Source: the human T2T-CHM13v2.0 reference genome, Homo sapiens
DNA: 64,000 bases
Direction: 5' to 3' (one strand)
NCBI RefSeq assembly: GCF_009914755.1
Contig: NC_060938.1
The position numbers and the translations under genes are program-made. The notes below the pieces were generated by a model. The model was not told the DNA's origin, did no database searches, and saw nothing but the letters and a program-made list of their open reading frames with translations. Shown here in pieces: positions 17,343-31,893 of this stretch. Each line of letters starts with the position of its first letter. The first letter of the stretch is position 1.

Positions 17343-19354
17343 AGCCAGAGGAATCACAGTTTAAGGCAATCCTTTTGAACATTCCAGCTAAATCTACACT
17401 TACTAATATAATTGCTTTAAAGACTTTTTCTTTAAAAAGAAAATGATTTCAGGGTCAGCTGAGGCACATGTTTCTCAGATCATGCAGATGATTGTCCCAA
17501 CACTCTAAGGTTTTGAAATGAGCCCAGAGAAGACCCCACTGGAGAGGCAAACTCTTGCTGGTGGTAATAGGGCGTGTGCCAGACATATCTGTGTTCCCAA
17601 CAAACGCACTGACAGATAGTAATTATTTTGAGTCACTGTGATAATCACATGAGATTTTGAAAGTTGATGCCATATTTGATGCACCTGAAATGTGAATGAG
17701 AAATTTAATGTGGAGGGCAAGATTTAAGTGAGAAAAGTTTTCTTAGTGGAATTTTTGGGGTGGGGGAAAAGGGAGAGAGCAGCTTTTTCTCTTTGATTCT
17801 TTATGGAATAATTTAAACCAAAGTCAAAACTGCCACTACATTAGGGACAAAGCTGTCATACTGACTGAACAGTGAAAGTAAAAATTACCCTCCAAGCAAG
17901 GAGCCCCTGCTGGGGATGAGAAGACCCGCCAATTGAAGATGTAATGATGACAGCCTCTCCCGCAAGCAGCCTTCTCTTCTGAGGAGCCCGCTGCTTCTTC
18001 CCACTGGCGTGCTTGCCTCTTTGTTGATGAGAGTCCTGCAGGGCTCTACAGCAATTCAGCTGGTAATGTGTTTATTAATTTTACCTTTTTAAAGACATGT
18101 GTTAAGAAAAGCCATTCGGATATACAGGAAAGACTAAAGAGATATGCAGATGATTTCTGGTCTTTTCTAGGCTCCAACATGACTTTGGCAGATGTGCTGC
18201 ATTCTCTTCGGTGTGTACTGGGGTCCCTTTGTGCCCGTCCCACGCTATGCAACCTTCTTTGACTCCAGCCATTGCTGGGAAAGCCTCACCCGAGCCAGTA
18301 GCAGTATCTTTTGCTGTTTGGGACTGCTCTGACACCTGGGGTGGCACCCCCTACCCCCCAAACGTGGAAGCATGAAAAGGAGTGTTAAGGCCTTCTTCAT
18401 GCACAGAGCAGGTAGAACCCCTTGACCAGTTTACACTCCAGCTCACTCTGCTGTTCTCTCTTTCCTTCATTTTGCACGGCTCCAGTCTCAGGCTGGTAAT
18501 TAACGCTTAAAAGCCTGTGCACGAATTATTGAATCAATGTACCAAAGGAGCACAGGACTGTTGTGAAGACTGCATCCTTATGGCAGGAAAATACCAAGCT
18601 TTACGTAGACAACTCTGAGGTCATTCTCTTGGCTCATCAGAGGTTCTGGTGGGATCAAGCTCCAATCGCTCATAGTAGTAATGAGCTTGGTGACAGACAC
18701 TTGCATTCCCTCATTCTCTGTTTCACAACAACCTGTACACAAGCCCCCATCAGGCTCTGCTTTCAAGAAGAACCCAGGTTAAGACACAATGGAAAGTTTA
18801 TTTTGAGAGATGAAACTTCACACAGAGCATTTAAATTGCCATCAGCAATAGCACGTCATATCAGATTCTCACTCAAGTAAAAGAGATCTCACTACTTCAA
18901 AGAGATCAGACTATTCCTCTATTTGCAAAATGCTTTTTTTGGGAGGAAATTAAATATTGCCTTTAAGAAGAGCTCTGAAGTTTGAAGTTCCAAGCAATTA
19001 AAATGCCAGGGTTAACCAGAAAAAAAACACTGCAGCAGTCTTCTTTTTACTGTCTAATATACATGTCTTATTAATAATATTTAGTCCATTAATAGTAAAT
19101 AGTATTATTGGACTTTAAGTGCTCCTTCAGAGTGAGGACAAGGTATCCCTGAATATAAGATTCTTACAGGGTCCTTTTGGATGCAGAGGTATAGTTATCA
19201 TCTGACCATAAGCAAGTGGTGGACCTGGCTGTTTAGGATGAACTGTGAAGGGTAAGAGAATGTCCAGATCAGGCCAGGAATAAAGAACGACATAAGCCAG
19301 GCAAAACAGTGGCCTCATTAGCACTCGGCTCAGCCTACTAGCCTAACAATTCCA

Positions 19355-19986
19355 TGGACATTGTTTGCGTCTTCCCCAACTTCCATCTTACCTGCTCTGT
19401 GCCATGTAGCAGCTGTGTGATTGTGGGGGAACAGACCCCCACCCCAAGCTCTAGAAGTGGGAGCTCACTGGCCTTAACCAATGACTGTAATCCCACTCTC
19501 CTTACCACAGTGACTGGCTCAAGGATTGACTGGCTTAAGCCAGTTAACACATGTCATTCCTCCCCTGGCTACTACTGGTTGGTAAAGAATTGGTACAAAC
19601 ATAATGAAGTCTAGGAATTTTGCTTGCAAGTTGAGAAGCTCTTTCAATGTGGACATCTGAGATGCAGAGGTGAGGCTTGCTATTCCAACAGCCTTTTCCT
19701 ACCATAAGGGTGCAATTTCCACAACAGTTCTATGCTCCAATGGTACATTGATTCGATAATTTGTGCACAGGCTTTTAAGTGTTAATTACGAGCTTGAGAC
19801 TGGAGCTATATACAATGAGGGAAAGAGTCAGAGAACAGCACAGTGAGCTGGAGCCTAAACAAACCATGCCTGAAGCCTCCCCTATGTCAAGACTCTTAGT
19901 CACTGACCCAATAAATTCCCTGTGTTGTTTAAGGCAGTCTGAAATGGATTTTCTGCTACTCGGAAATGAAAGCATCCTGACATACA
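19355..19986 (+). mobile_element. MLT1J/K-type MaLR solo LTR
   Basis: CCATGCCTGAAGCC ... CCAATAAATTCCCT ... GCATCCTGACATACA end. Confidence 0.75.
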
Positions 19987-20835
19987 AAGGATTCTGTCTG
20001 AAATCTTTTCCAAACCTTGCAGTATTTGGAACTTGATGGACAGACAGCAGATACTCAATGAACATAGTATTTTTGAAATGATTATTCCATTTTAAAGAAA
20101 CCATAAATAATTTAGATTTCTCCTCGGATGCTAGCTCAAGATTCTGGATTATTCTCCTCAGCTCTGCAATCTAAAGAGTAACTTGCTTGCTGTATCCAAC
20201 AGAAAGTTCTGTTTATGGTGCCTTGTGATTCTTAATGCACTGAAGAGGCTATTGAGGGAACTAATATATATTTTCCCTAACAAGTGACGGAATAAATTCT
20301 CCAGTCCAAGAAAAAAGGAAAAATGGATGTAAAATACAGTCACAGCTTACCAAAGTGACTAACCATAAATAATGACTCACTTTTTCCTATTTACTAAATT
20401 TTAAGAATGAGGAATCTCATTGACAGCTAGACATATTTTAAAAGGAAGAAAATATAATTTCAGTATGTCATTTCGGATTATTGACTACTTGTAGACATGT
20501 GGATAAATGCAATCAACATATAGCCCAAGGCCCTGGGCTATATTTCCAGGAAATAATTTGATATTCCTTCTCTATCAAGTGCTTTAACAGAGCTGCTAAT
20601 AAACAGGGATATGATCGTGTTTCTAACTTTGATTCTCTGGAAGAGAAATGACAATGTAAGAAAACAGCACAGATCAGACAGTTTTCAGGATAAAGTACAA
20701 AAGTCAAAGTGAACATCTTTGAACTAATCATAACAAATCTGTTTCCTACACTTCTGAGTCACTAAGATCTTCCATTCTTCCCCCCATGCCGTAAATATGC
20801 AACTACCACAGGCCCACTCTGAATATGGCAGGGAG

Positions 20836-21010
20836 ACAGTGTGGTCCAGCAGAAACCCCCCAGGAGCGAGCTCTCTGCTCAGCTAGGCTGCTGCCAAGCC
20901 CTGGGCAAGTTTCTCAACTGCTATGACTTTGAAGCTCCTCACTTGTCAAGCTGAATGGCTAGGCTAGATGATTGCTAAGATTTGGTTCAGTTCTCAATTT
21001 TGATGAATCT
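20836..21010 (+). mobile_element. MIR3/MIR
   Basis: CTGGGCAAGTTTCTCAAC ... CTAGATGATTGCTAAGAT ... CAGTTCT. Confidence 0.55.
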
Positions 21011-21929
21011 AAGCCAGATCTTAGTTATACAACTAGTATCTTTGTATGCAGAAAATTGGAAAATGTAACCCAACTCCTGTTAGCCATGTTTAGCCTTTTA
21101 AAAAAAAGTAGTTTGAACCTTTGACCCCGTGGACATTTATAAGGAAACATAAGCATATATAAATATAAAGAAAAAAGATCCTACCATCAACAATATGAAA
21201 TATGAATGGAGAGAAAGCCATTTCTATTTCAAATATATAATCACTTCAGCTGAGATACCCAGTATCATCTTGAACTTGATTATGAGATAAAAGAAATGGG
21301 ACAGAGATGGCAATCATTTAATCTCTTAAGAACAGCTATTCTGAAGAGCTTTTCCCTCTATGCTCAATAGATTTCTAGCAGGTTATGATCTGGCTAGAAA
21401 GAAAGCATAATGATGAAGAAAATTATGTTTTCAATAACACAGGCTTTTTACAGTACAAGTCCTTCCACAAAGGAGGCAATAAAATGAACTCTGACCACTT
21501 TAACAGATGGCATAATGGCTCAGTGCACAGATGTGGCCTCTCTGAAAGCAACAAGTTCATCTCCTTGACTGGAGGTTTAGGAATGAGCTGAACTTTCAAG
21601 TGTAATGTAGGAAAGATTACATATTTCCATACAAGAAAGCTGAGTATTAGTGGGTTCAGAAGCTTGGAGAGATGGACTAAAAGAATAAGGCTTAATGAGT
21701 TTCATTTTGCTAATGCAACAAATAGAGTTGAAGTTGAAATGTGAACTATAAATATCAAGCCATTTGTAAATGCCCTCCTAATTACATTGTTAGCCATTGT
21801 TTAGACGGAAGCTTGCCTTTTAAAAAGCATACTTCCTCAGAGTCAGAAAATACCAGTTGTCAAATAATGCTTATTTTAATAGTATAATATTTTGAGTGGG
21901 ATATATTTTTAATAATACATGATAGAAGG

Positions 21930-22230
21930 ACTGTAGAGTTTTTTGTTTACTTTCTTTGGGAAATTTGATAAATCAAAAGTTTATCTGGGAAAATAAATAT
22001 GCCATAAAATTCAAAATATTTTTAAAAACAATGTTATCAAAACAAAAGATAAATCCTCAATTCGGTAATTAAAAGAGTATGATTATTACTCAGGAATCAA
22101 TAAGAATAATGTCCAGAAATATGTATATATAGGAATTCTGCAAAAATCAAATGAGGCAATTCAAACGAGTGGGGATGGAATAGGTTGGCAGGAAAAGAAG
22201 CCGGGATAATTGGCTATCCATCTGGGGATG
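21930..22230 (+). mobile_element. L1ME ORF2 fragment
   Basis: TTTATCTGGAAAAATAAATATGCC ... GGATAATTGGCTATCCATCTGG. Confidence 0.55.
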
Positions 22231-22247
22231 GGTGGAGTTTGACTCCA

Positions 22248-22365
22248 TGGTAGAGCCTGCTTTGTGTTCAACAAAATTTACTTCCCTCTCTTCCGGGGAA
22301 CACAGCTAGACTACATTTCCCAGCCTCCCTTGCAATGAGATGCAACCGGGAGTCCTGGCAATGAA
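22248..22365 (+). mobile_element. MLT1H/I-type LTR fragment
   Basis: GAACACAGCTAGACTACATTTCCCAGCCTCCCTTGCA. Confidence 0.65.
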
Positions 22366-24284
22366 TGTTAATAATATAATGATATAGGAACGAAGACTAG
22401 CCATTGCTCCATCTAATTAAAAGCGTAATATTTCTAAGGCCTGTATAGGACCTTATAATCACCCTAGGGGCTGTGACATGGCCAGATCCTGAAGGATATT
22501 CTCATACAGTGTTAGCAAATACTCACCAGTAAGTGAGTAATTTACTCTATAGATCTTGGTTATAGAAAAATTACTTTAAAATTCTGTGAAGATAGATTTT
22601 TTTTTCCATTAAATGAGAGTGCAGGAACTTATATAAAAATTAAGATTTGCTTTTAACAGCTTGTACTTTAATTTTCAATAATCCATTTGGGAAAATAAGA
22701 TTTTACATCTCAGCCCATTTCTCATTGATGCGATGTGCATCACTGAGCCACTAGGAAATTTGGCCTTAGTTCAGCATGACTATAATAAATTATTTATGTT
22801 TTCATTTACAACATGCTCCTAGCATTTAAAACCTCTGGGTCTGTGGACAATAATACATGACATAAAAAATGAATAACATTTGATAATGAAACAATTCCCT
22901 CAAATTATCAAAAACACTCTATTAATGGAGTCCACTCACAATAAAAAAGTCACACCAAATGGAATGACCAAAAGGGCTTTTAACAAGAGAATTTCAGTCT
23001 AAAGAGATAAAGGTTCAGAGGGCCATATACAAGCATTTAGAAAATTATGAAATGCATGAGGAGTGTGAATATGGGCAAATCAATCAAATCCTAGGATTAA
23101 AACTCAGGGACTCCAAGTGAAAGTTCAGAGGGGACATTTGAGGACTCAAACCTGGAAGTGCTTCTTCAGCTAACAGTTAGAATTTGTTTTCTATCCCTGC
23201 ATTAATTCTCAAAGTTGGTATGGAGATGGGAGAAGAAAAAGGAACATACCGTGAGGGAGGTCTTACAAATTGCATATGACATCCTCATTCCCCGACCCTG
23301 TCCACCTCTCTCCCTCTGCCCAGCACTAAGCATTACTCCCAAGACAGGTGACCGTTGTGCTGAAACTGGTGTGCCATTTGCCTTAGTGAGTTGGGGAGGC
23401 AAAGAGTCCTCAGAGGTTTCAGGCCAGGAACAGACACTGGCCACGAGGGATTTCAATAATGCGTAAATCACTAAGGGACATTAGGATGTTGGGGAGCTCT
23501 CCCTACCCTTGGGAAGAAACTGCTCTCCCATAAATTGCCACACTAATACCAATTTCAGGGATTCAAATTACTGGCCCAATCCAGCAAGACATTTTCTGCC
23601 CATTATCTAGTTTCTCCTGCCTCCAGGCAGGGCCACATCATTGATTACGGAGCATTTCAGCCACTAAAAAAGATCACGCTCATCATTAAAGACATTAAGT
23701 GTTGATCTGTGCTGGCTAAGTGACTTAAAAGGTTCGTGCCCTTCTAGTAACAACTCAAAGAGGCTATTTCAGGATATTTATTAAACAAATTAAGTATTTA
23801 CATTATGCTCAAGCACAGACGCACAGTCACCAAGTGCAGAAGTGTAAGAAGACAAAACTAAGTGAATTTATGTTGGAGACAACTCGGCATTTTTAGTTCT
23901 TAGAAGTGGGGGCCGGGGAACCTCCAAATGTCTGAGAAAGAGAATGAATTGGGCAGGGAAAGGGTTCTACCTCCCTCCCCCCATCAATGGCGTCCCAATG
24001 ACCACCTCTTTAAAAGAGGATAAACAGTGATTAAAGACTGCAGAGACAATTTAGAAAATCTCCTTCAAGGCCTAAAGACTAAAGGAAACAGGTATATTAA
24101 CCCTACAATTTCCCCCCACAATTTAAAATTTTAGGACCCTAATAATGATGACCCGGATTTTAGAAGTATTTTCTGTAGCCTATGGTACACACTATGGTGA
24201 AGGAACCCATGTTTTCTTGAATACAGCTGCAGCCCATGAATGCTGGACCATCAATATGACTGTGATTAGTGTTCCTCCTCACCT

Positions 24285-24400
24285 GCCTATGAACTTGCAG
24301 TGGGCAGAGGCCACCTATATCGTGTTCACTGTGCTGTTCCCAGTATTTGGCACAGTGTCTGGCACACAGTGGTGTTCAATAAGTATCGGCTGAACATACG
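24285..24400 (+). mobile_element. L2 3' end
   Basis: GTTCACTG ... GGCACAGTGTCTGGCACACAGTGGTGTTCAATAAGTAT. Confidence 0.7.
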
Positions 24401-24702
24401 AGCATGTGAGTGGGAGAGTTTGGAGACGGGAGAAAGAACTCACCACCCTATGATCTTACACCAATTGCTGTGAAAATGTTGGCACTTTTCCTTCCGTCAG
24501 CATAAGAACATTTGGATCCTGCTATTTAAATGTAAAACAGATGTTTCTCCCCATTGTTACAGTCTTTATAATTTTCATTTTTAATGGCCATATGCAATTT
24601 TATCAAATGGACTTATAATAAATTATTTTTTGTTGGACTTTGGAGCCAATCCAGTCTTTTCACTTTTATAAATGTATCACTGAACACGTTGAGTAACTAT
24701 GC

Positions 24703-24956
<254 letters not shown>

Positions 24957-24979
24957 AAATGGATTCCTGAGTCCAGTTA

Positions 24980-25562
24980 CTCATTCACCAGGCAAACACT
25001 AAGAGCCCACTATGGTCCACGCACAGTAGGTTCTGAAGATAAATGGGTGAGCAGAAAAGACAAGAGTCCCTTTGAGCTTTTATCCAATCCTGGGAGAGAA
25101 TTCTATAAGCAAAATTAAATAATTCTATTAATACAAGCAAAATAATATTACCAGTGTACTAAGTGCCCTGAAGGAGTGACAGAAGGTTCTAGGAGAGGGT
25201 GGGACATAGGGGCGAGAACTGGGCAGCAGGTCAGGGAAGCAGGACCTGGCTGAAATCTGAGAAGCATGGAGCTAATAAGAGAGGTGCAGGTGGGGAAGAG
25301 TTCTCCAAGCAGAGGGAACAGCATGTGCAAGGTCCTTGTGGCAGGACAGAGCAAGGTACATTCAAGGAACTGAAAGAAGGCAAATGTAACCAGGCACAGA
25401 GTGAGGATGAGCATGGAGCCAAATGAGGCTCTGGGATGCATGGGCTGGAACTATTCAGGTCCTGGAAGTCTATGTAAGGACCTTGGTCGTGATGCAAAGA
25501 GCGATGGGAAGTCATCAAAGTGCTTCAAGAAGGGGGCCGATGTGCTTGATATAAATTTTGGA
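24980..25562 (-). mobile_element. L2 fragment
   Basis: CAAGCAGAGGGAACAGCATGTGCAAGGTCC ... GATGGGAAGTCAT. Confidence 0.7.
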
Positions 25563-25569
25563 AGTTTAT

Positions 25570-26057
25570 CTTTGCTTAATAACACCCCGCCCCAAAGGTA
25601 TCCATGTGCTATCCCCAGCACCTGTGAATATGTTGTATTATGTGGGGAAGGAAAATTAGGGTTGCAGACAGAATTAAGGTTGCTGACTCTAACATGGGGA
25701 GATTATCCTAGGTTATCAAGGTGGGGCCAATGTAATCTTAGGGGACTTTAAAAGCAGGAGAGGGCGTACAAGAATCAGAGGAGCCAGAGAGATGTGAAGA
25801 CGCTAAACTGCCAGCTTTGTTGATGGAGAAAAAGCCATGAACCAAGGAAGGCAGGGGCCTCTGGAAGCTGGAAACAGTAGACATGGCTTCTCCCCTTGAG
25901 CCTCCAGCAGGAATGTGGCCCCGCTGACACCTGGATTTTAGCCCAATGATGGCCATTTTGGATTTTGGCCTCCAGAAATGTAAGATGATAAATTTGTGTT
26001 GTTTAAAGCCACCAAGTCGGTGGCAACTTGTTATTGTGGCAATAGGAATCTAATACA
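25570..26057 (+). mobile_element. MLT1D-type MaLR solo LTR
   Basis: ACCTGTGAATATGTT ... GGGAGATTATCCT ... CTGGAAGCTGGAAA ... GCAATAGGAATCTAATACA. Confidence 0.85.
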
Positions 26058-26369
26058 AAGGAGATGATCATGAATTTAGTTTCGGATATTTAAGTTTTAC
26101 AAGTCTTTGACACAAAGAACATGGACATTGGAAGTATTATTCATCTACAGCCACTCTCTTAATGAGTAATATGATCTTTATTTTACCTTTCGTGACTTCA
26201 GTGTTATCATATATAAAAAGAAAATAGATTTAAGGTTGGTTCCAGTTCTAAATCTCTGAGCTTATAAGCCTGGAAAGGAACAAATATGCTTTTCACTTAG
26301 ATTTCTGTCAGAATTTGGCAATCCGTGGGGAAAAAGTGATATTAAAAATAGTGATCTAAACTAAAGGGG

Positions 26370-27790
26370 GAAAAGATTCCATTTTTAAAAAGTACCCAAA
26401 ATATGAAATAACTAGAAATACCTTAATAAGAAATGTGTTGAATTTATATAAAGAAAACTACAGAATTCCTTCGAGACATATAAAAGGATATTTGAAAATG
26501 TGCAGGGACAAGCCACGTGTGTATTCCTGGATGGGAAGACTGAACATTGTAAAGATGCCAGATCCTTCCCAATTAATTTATAGGCTGAATGCAATTTTCA
26601 TCAAAACCCCAAAGGGAGTTCTTGGAACTTCACAAAAATGATTTTACCATTCATCTGGAAAATAAACAGGCAAGAAGAGCTGAGAACAAATTTGACAACA
26701 AGAAACACCAGGTTTTAGAACATATTGTCAGAACTAGGGGCGGAAAGGTGTGTCCCTGGAGTAAGAATAAGCTGACCAAGGGAATAGGATAAATGTCCTG
26801 GAAAGGTCACCTTGTATGTAAAAGGAATCAGTACAGCACAAAGTGATAAAGGCATTATATATAAATGGGGATTACTTAACAAAGGATCATGGAAAAACTG
26901 GCTATTTAGAAACAAAAATGCTTAGATCATCACCCCATGCTATATACCAAAATAAGTTCCAAATTCGTTAACATGTTAGATTGTCCTAAAATTCAAACCA
27001 ACCAAGAATATGGAAGCAAGGAAAATTTTCTTAGTACAAAAGCAATTGAAGAAATTGTGAAGGAAAAGATCAGAGATTTGAATACATGAAAACTTAAAAT
27101 CTTTGCACATCAAAAATTATAATAAAAGAAAACAATAAGCTGGAAAAACAGTTGTAATAAAAATAGAAACAAGTAAATGTTTTCACTATAGAAGAGAAAA
27201 TGGGCAAATGGTATGAATAGATAATTCACAGAAAAGAGAACAGAAAAGGCTAATAAACATGTAAAAATGTTCAAAGTTATTAGCAATTGGAGAAATAAAA
27301 AAATAAGATACTCTTTCCACCTATTAGATTCGTAAACATTTGAAAAATAATACTTGGTCATTGGTGAGAACAGGACGAGAAGGGCATATACAGTGAGGGG
27401 AGCAGAATTTGTTTATTAGGCAATTGGGTAAGAAGAACCAGGAGCTGTAAAAATGATAAAATAACTTCATACTCTCTGATACGATACCTTGATATCTAGG
27501 AACAGCTCCTAAGAAGATAAAAGTGAAGACAAATTTGTTTATTGTAGGGTTATTTATAAAGGAAAATGGCAAAATGATTGAAAAGCATGGTATATAAAAC
27601 TCACACTCATCTTAACAAAAACAGAGAGAAACAGGGAAGAATCAATACCAAAATATTAATGATAATTATCTTTGGTTTGGTATGAATATGGTTGTTTGGT
27701 TTGTTTTTTTGTTTTGTTTTGTTTTGTTTTTCTTTCTTCAGACCTTTCTCTATTTCCAACATATTCTATGAGGAGCATTTGTTACTTCAG
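26370..27790 (+). mobile_element. L1ME ORF2 3' region and 3' UTR, degenerate
   Basis: Translates as YSWMGRLNIVKMP (L1 ORF2 SWIGRINIVKM motif). Confidence 0.8.
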
Positions 27791-27810
27791 CCAGATCTCC
27801 TCCCAACCGT

Positions 27811-28200
27811 CCACCTCCCACCCCCTGCCCCACCTTCTACCCTCCACCCCCTATAAAATGCCTATGTGCTCAGCACACAACCACTTCTCTATTTTGTGAG
27901 TTTCCCATTGCGTGCAGCTGATAGCTGAGGGAAAATTCATGTTTGATAAAATCATTTTGTGAGTGATGGCCAACCAAGGAAAACCATTTCACACTTCGAG
28001 AGTTTACATAATGTGAGTTTATAAGAAAGGAATGAAAGAAAAGATGTTACGGGCAGAACTTTTAGAGAAACAACCGTGCTTGACTTCTGCGGAGAAGGAA
28101 TGCAGTTCCAGGGTGCCCGGTGTCTGCGCGCATTCCTCGGCTGCTGCTCTCTTTCAGTGACTACATGGTCTGACTATTTGACTCGTTTGACACTCTTTAG
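27811..28200 (+). promoter_or_regulatory. Candidate promoter/enhancer: CACCC boxes, TATAAAA and TEAD motif cluster
   Basis: TATAAAA 27852-27858 after a C-rich CACCC run; GGAATG at 28029 and 28097; CATTCC at 28131; local CpGs. Confidence 0.4.
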
Positions 28201-28597
28201 TAATAAATATATCCCCATATGGAAGTTTTACTGAAAATAGCTCCCTGGGGGGAGAAAAAAAAAACTAACCTTTTTTTTTTTTCCACTTTGAATCGAACCA
28301 CAGGTATAAAATAACTCTGAACTTGGTGTTCAGCGCTACAACCTCTAGAGCACTGTACAGAACAAATGTCCTGAAGTGAGAACTTTTCATGTCTTCTTTT
28401 CTTCCCCCTTTGCTTTTCTGTCCCTCGCTGAAGGGATCTGTGGTGAGGGCTTCAGACCTGCCGCCTGCCAGCAACACACGGTCTGGTCCGCTGGGACAAA
28501 GGGCTCTACTGACCTGCCCACCATGCTTCCAGAGTCCAAGCCTCTCCCCAGAACAACGACACGTAGTCATTTTTCCTTCAAGGGACTTTAAAAATCA

Positions 28598-28966
<369 letters not shown>

Positions 28967-29588
28967 CTACCTAGCATAGCAGAGCAGGTCTCTGGATTCA
29001 TGGCACAGTCCTATGCCCAGCTAATAACTCTGGGCTTTCGGAGATTTTGAGGGTCTTTGCCAAAAACCCAGGCTGGTCCCATTGGACAAAGAAAGGAACG
29101 CCAATTTGTAATACACTGCCAACTCAAAGCTGTGTACACACTGCAAGCAGTACCAAGAACAAGACATTGGGACTCCCCATTTCAACTGCTTGATCATTTC
29201 CAGCTTATGTGGGAATATGGGATAAACTGTAGGATTAGGATGACTTTGGTGTGCAGTTAGCTTAAACTTTTCACAGTCACGCAGAATTAGGGGCTGAATA
29301 AGACGTGAAGATCTGTCCCTGGAATATGCGGCAATTATGACATCACAATGAACATCCTCCCCAGAGCCCTGCAGAATAGCCCAAGAGAACGTCCCCACAA
29401 TTTGGGGGTGGGAAAAGAAGGCACAAAAACTTTTCAAAATATTAGTGTTTCAAAAATGTTGTCATAAGTGTACATGTGAAAAATTTGTTTAAGTTCTTAG
29501 TTAGGATTTCCCCCCACGGAGGCTGGGTTGGGCTTAAGAAAAAAGTCTTTCACAAAACCTGATTTTAATAGGAGCACTGGTATCATAA

Positions 29589-29905
<317 letters not shown>

Positions 29906-30089
29906 GAAATCCTTTCTAATTAGTACTATATAGATTGCTGTAAATTTGAGTTTTGGGCAATGGTGAGGAAATAAACTGATGGAAGAAAGTGAGTACTTCT
30001 GGAACATCCTAAAGATTAGGGTTTTGACTCATTTCTCGGGTTCAACTGGAAAAATAAAAATTAAGAAGAAAAGAATTTTAGCATTTTTT

Positions 30090-30530
30090 CCTATTTTTGT
30101 GAATAATGTCATTGGTATTGTGGTAGGCATTACATTGAATCTGTAGATAGCTTTGGGTGGTACTGACATTTTCACAATATTAATCCTTCCAATCCATGAG
30201 CATGGGGTATCTATTTTTTGTGTGTCCTCTTCAATTTCGCTTATCAGTGTTTTATAGTTTTCCTTATAGAGATTTTTTATTTCTTTGGTTACATTTCTTC
30301 CTAGGTATTTTATATTTTTTTTGGTAGCTATTATAAATGGAGTTGCTTCCTTGATTTCCTTTCAGTTTGTTCACTGTTGGCATATATAAATGGTACTGAT
30401 TTCTGTAAGTTGATTTTGTATCATATAACTTTACTTAATTCATTTATCAGTTCTAATAGTTTTTTGGTGGAGTCTGTAGGTTTTTCTAAATATGTTGTCA
30501 GCAAACAAGGATAATTTGACTTTTTCCTTT
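30090..30530 (-). mobile_element. L1MA/L1M ORF2 fragment
   Basis: ATTGAATCTGTAGAT.GCTTTGGGT ... CCAATCCATGAGCATGG ... GCAAACAAGGATAATTTGACTT. Confidence 0.88.
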
Positions 30531-31419
30531 AGGAACATGACAAAGTACCAACATTTCCTTAAAAAGAAAGTCTTTGAAACATTAGAGCAAAAGATTAAAA
30601 ATTTGTGAACTAACATGCAAAGTAACCATAAAAGAAATATGTTCTTCTCATAATACAGTTAATTCACTCCTAGCACACTTTGCTGGCCCTCACCATTACT
30701 TGTATGTTAAAAGGCTTAAAAGGGAATTTTATAAAATAAAGCATACATTCCTAATCTTTAACTTCTGAAAACTAAACAAAGCAAAACCCTTAGTGGAGAT
30801 ACAGATATTAGTGGCATGTTTCCTAAAGCAAACTCAAAACAGAGATACTCTTTATTTTACATTTTATTTAGTAAACTAGAAGAGGGTCTTGCCACGGTGA
30901 AAAGGCAAGAAAAACAAAAAAGAAAAATTAATAGGAAAGAAACATCATTAATTGCTACAGCTGCGATTATGTAACCCAGAAAACTCAAAGGGCTCTACTA
31001 AGAATTTTAGAAGTAAAATAATGCAAGGATAATTATCATATAAAACATGCTCTAAAAATAATAACATTGCTTTTCAACAACAACTATCAAACTTTTTGTT
31101 TCAAAATTAGATTTCTCTTATAACAAGGAAAAAATATATCTGTATTTAATACACATTTATTGAGTACCTACTTGGTAATTAAACCAAGGTAGAATATATC
31201 AGTCCAATAATAAAAGTATAAATATTTTATAAAAGAAAAAATGAAAATAGGCAATACTTCAAGGTAATTTGTAGATTTAATACATTTCTAAATAAAATAA
31301 TAATAGGATATTTTATTATGTAAAAATTCTGAAGTTCATATCAGACATTAACTGGGACAATAAGGGGCAACTTAAGAGAGATCAGAATGTATCAAAAAGC
31401 AACCCACATTAAAAGAAAT

Positions 31420-31712
31420 AGGAGCACTGACTAACACCTGTAACCCCAGTGCTTTGGGAGGCCAAGGGGGGAGAACCACTTGAGGTCAGGAGTTCGAGAC
31501 CAGCCAAAAACTGGGCAACACAGTGAGACCCTGTCTCTACAAAAAATAAAAAATAAAAAAATTAGCTAGGCATGTACCTGTAGTCCTAGCTATTCAGAAG
31601 GCTGAGATAGGAGGATCACTTGAGCCCAGGAGTTCTGGATAACAGTGAGCTATGATCGTACCACTGCATTCTAGCCTGGGTGATAGAGCTGAGACTCCTT
31701 CTTAAAAAAAAA
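31420..31712 (+). mobile_element. AluJ
   Basis: GGAGGATCACTTGAGCCCAGGAGTTC ... GTGAGCTATGATC diagnostics. Confidence 0.9.
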
Positions 31713-31893
31713 TTATAAATATAAACTTAGATGCTTACTTTATACCATAAAACAGAATAAATACATTGTAAAGAAAAATTTAACATACAATTTCCCAAAG
31801 GTAGACGAAAATAATAATATATTTATCCCAGGTAGGTATTTAGATTCACTATTTAAAACACACGAGAAAATTACAAGTAAAATGCAGTTGCAA

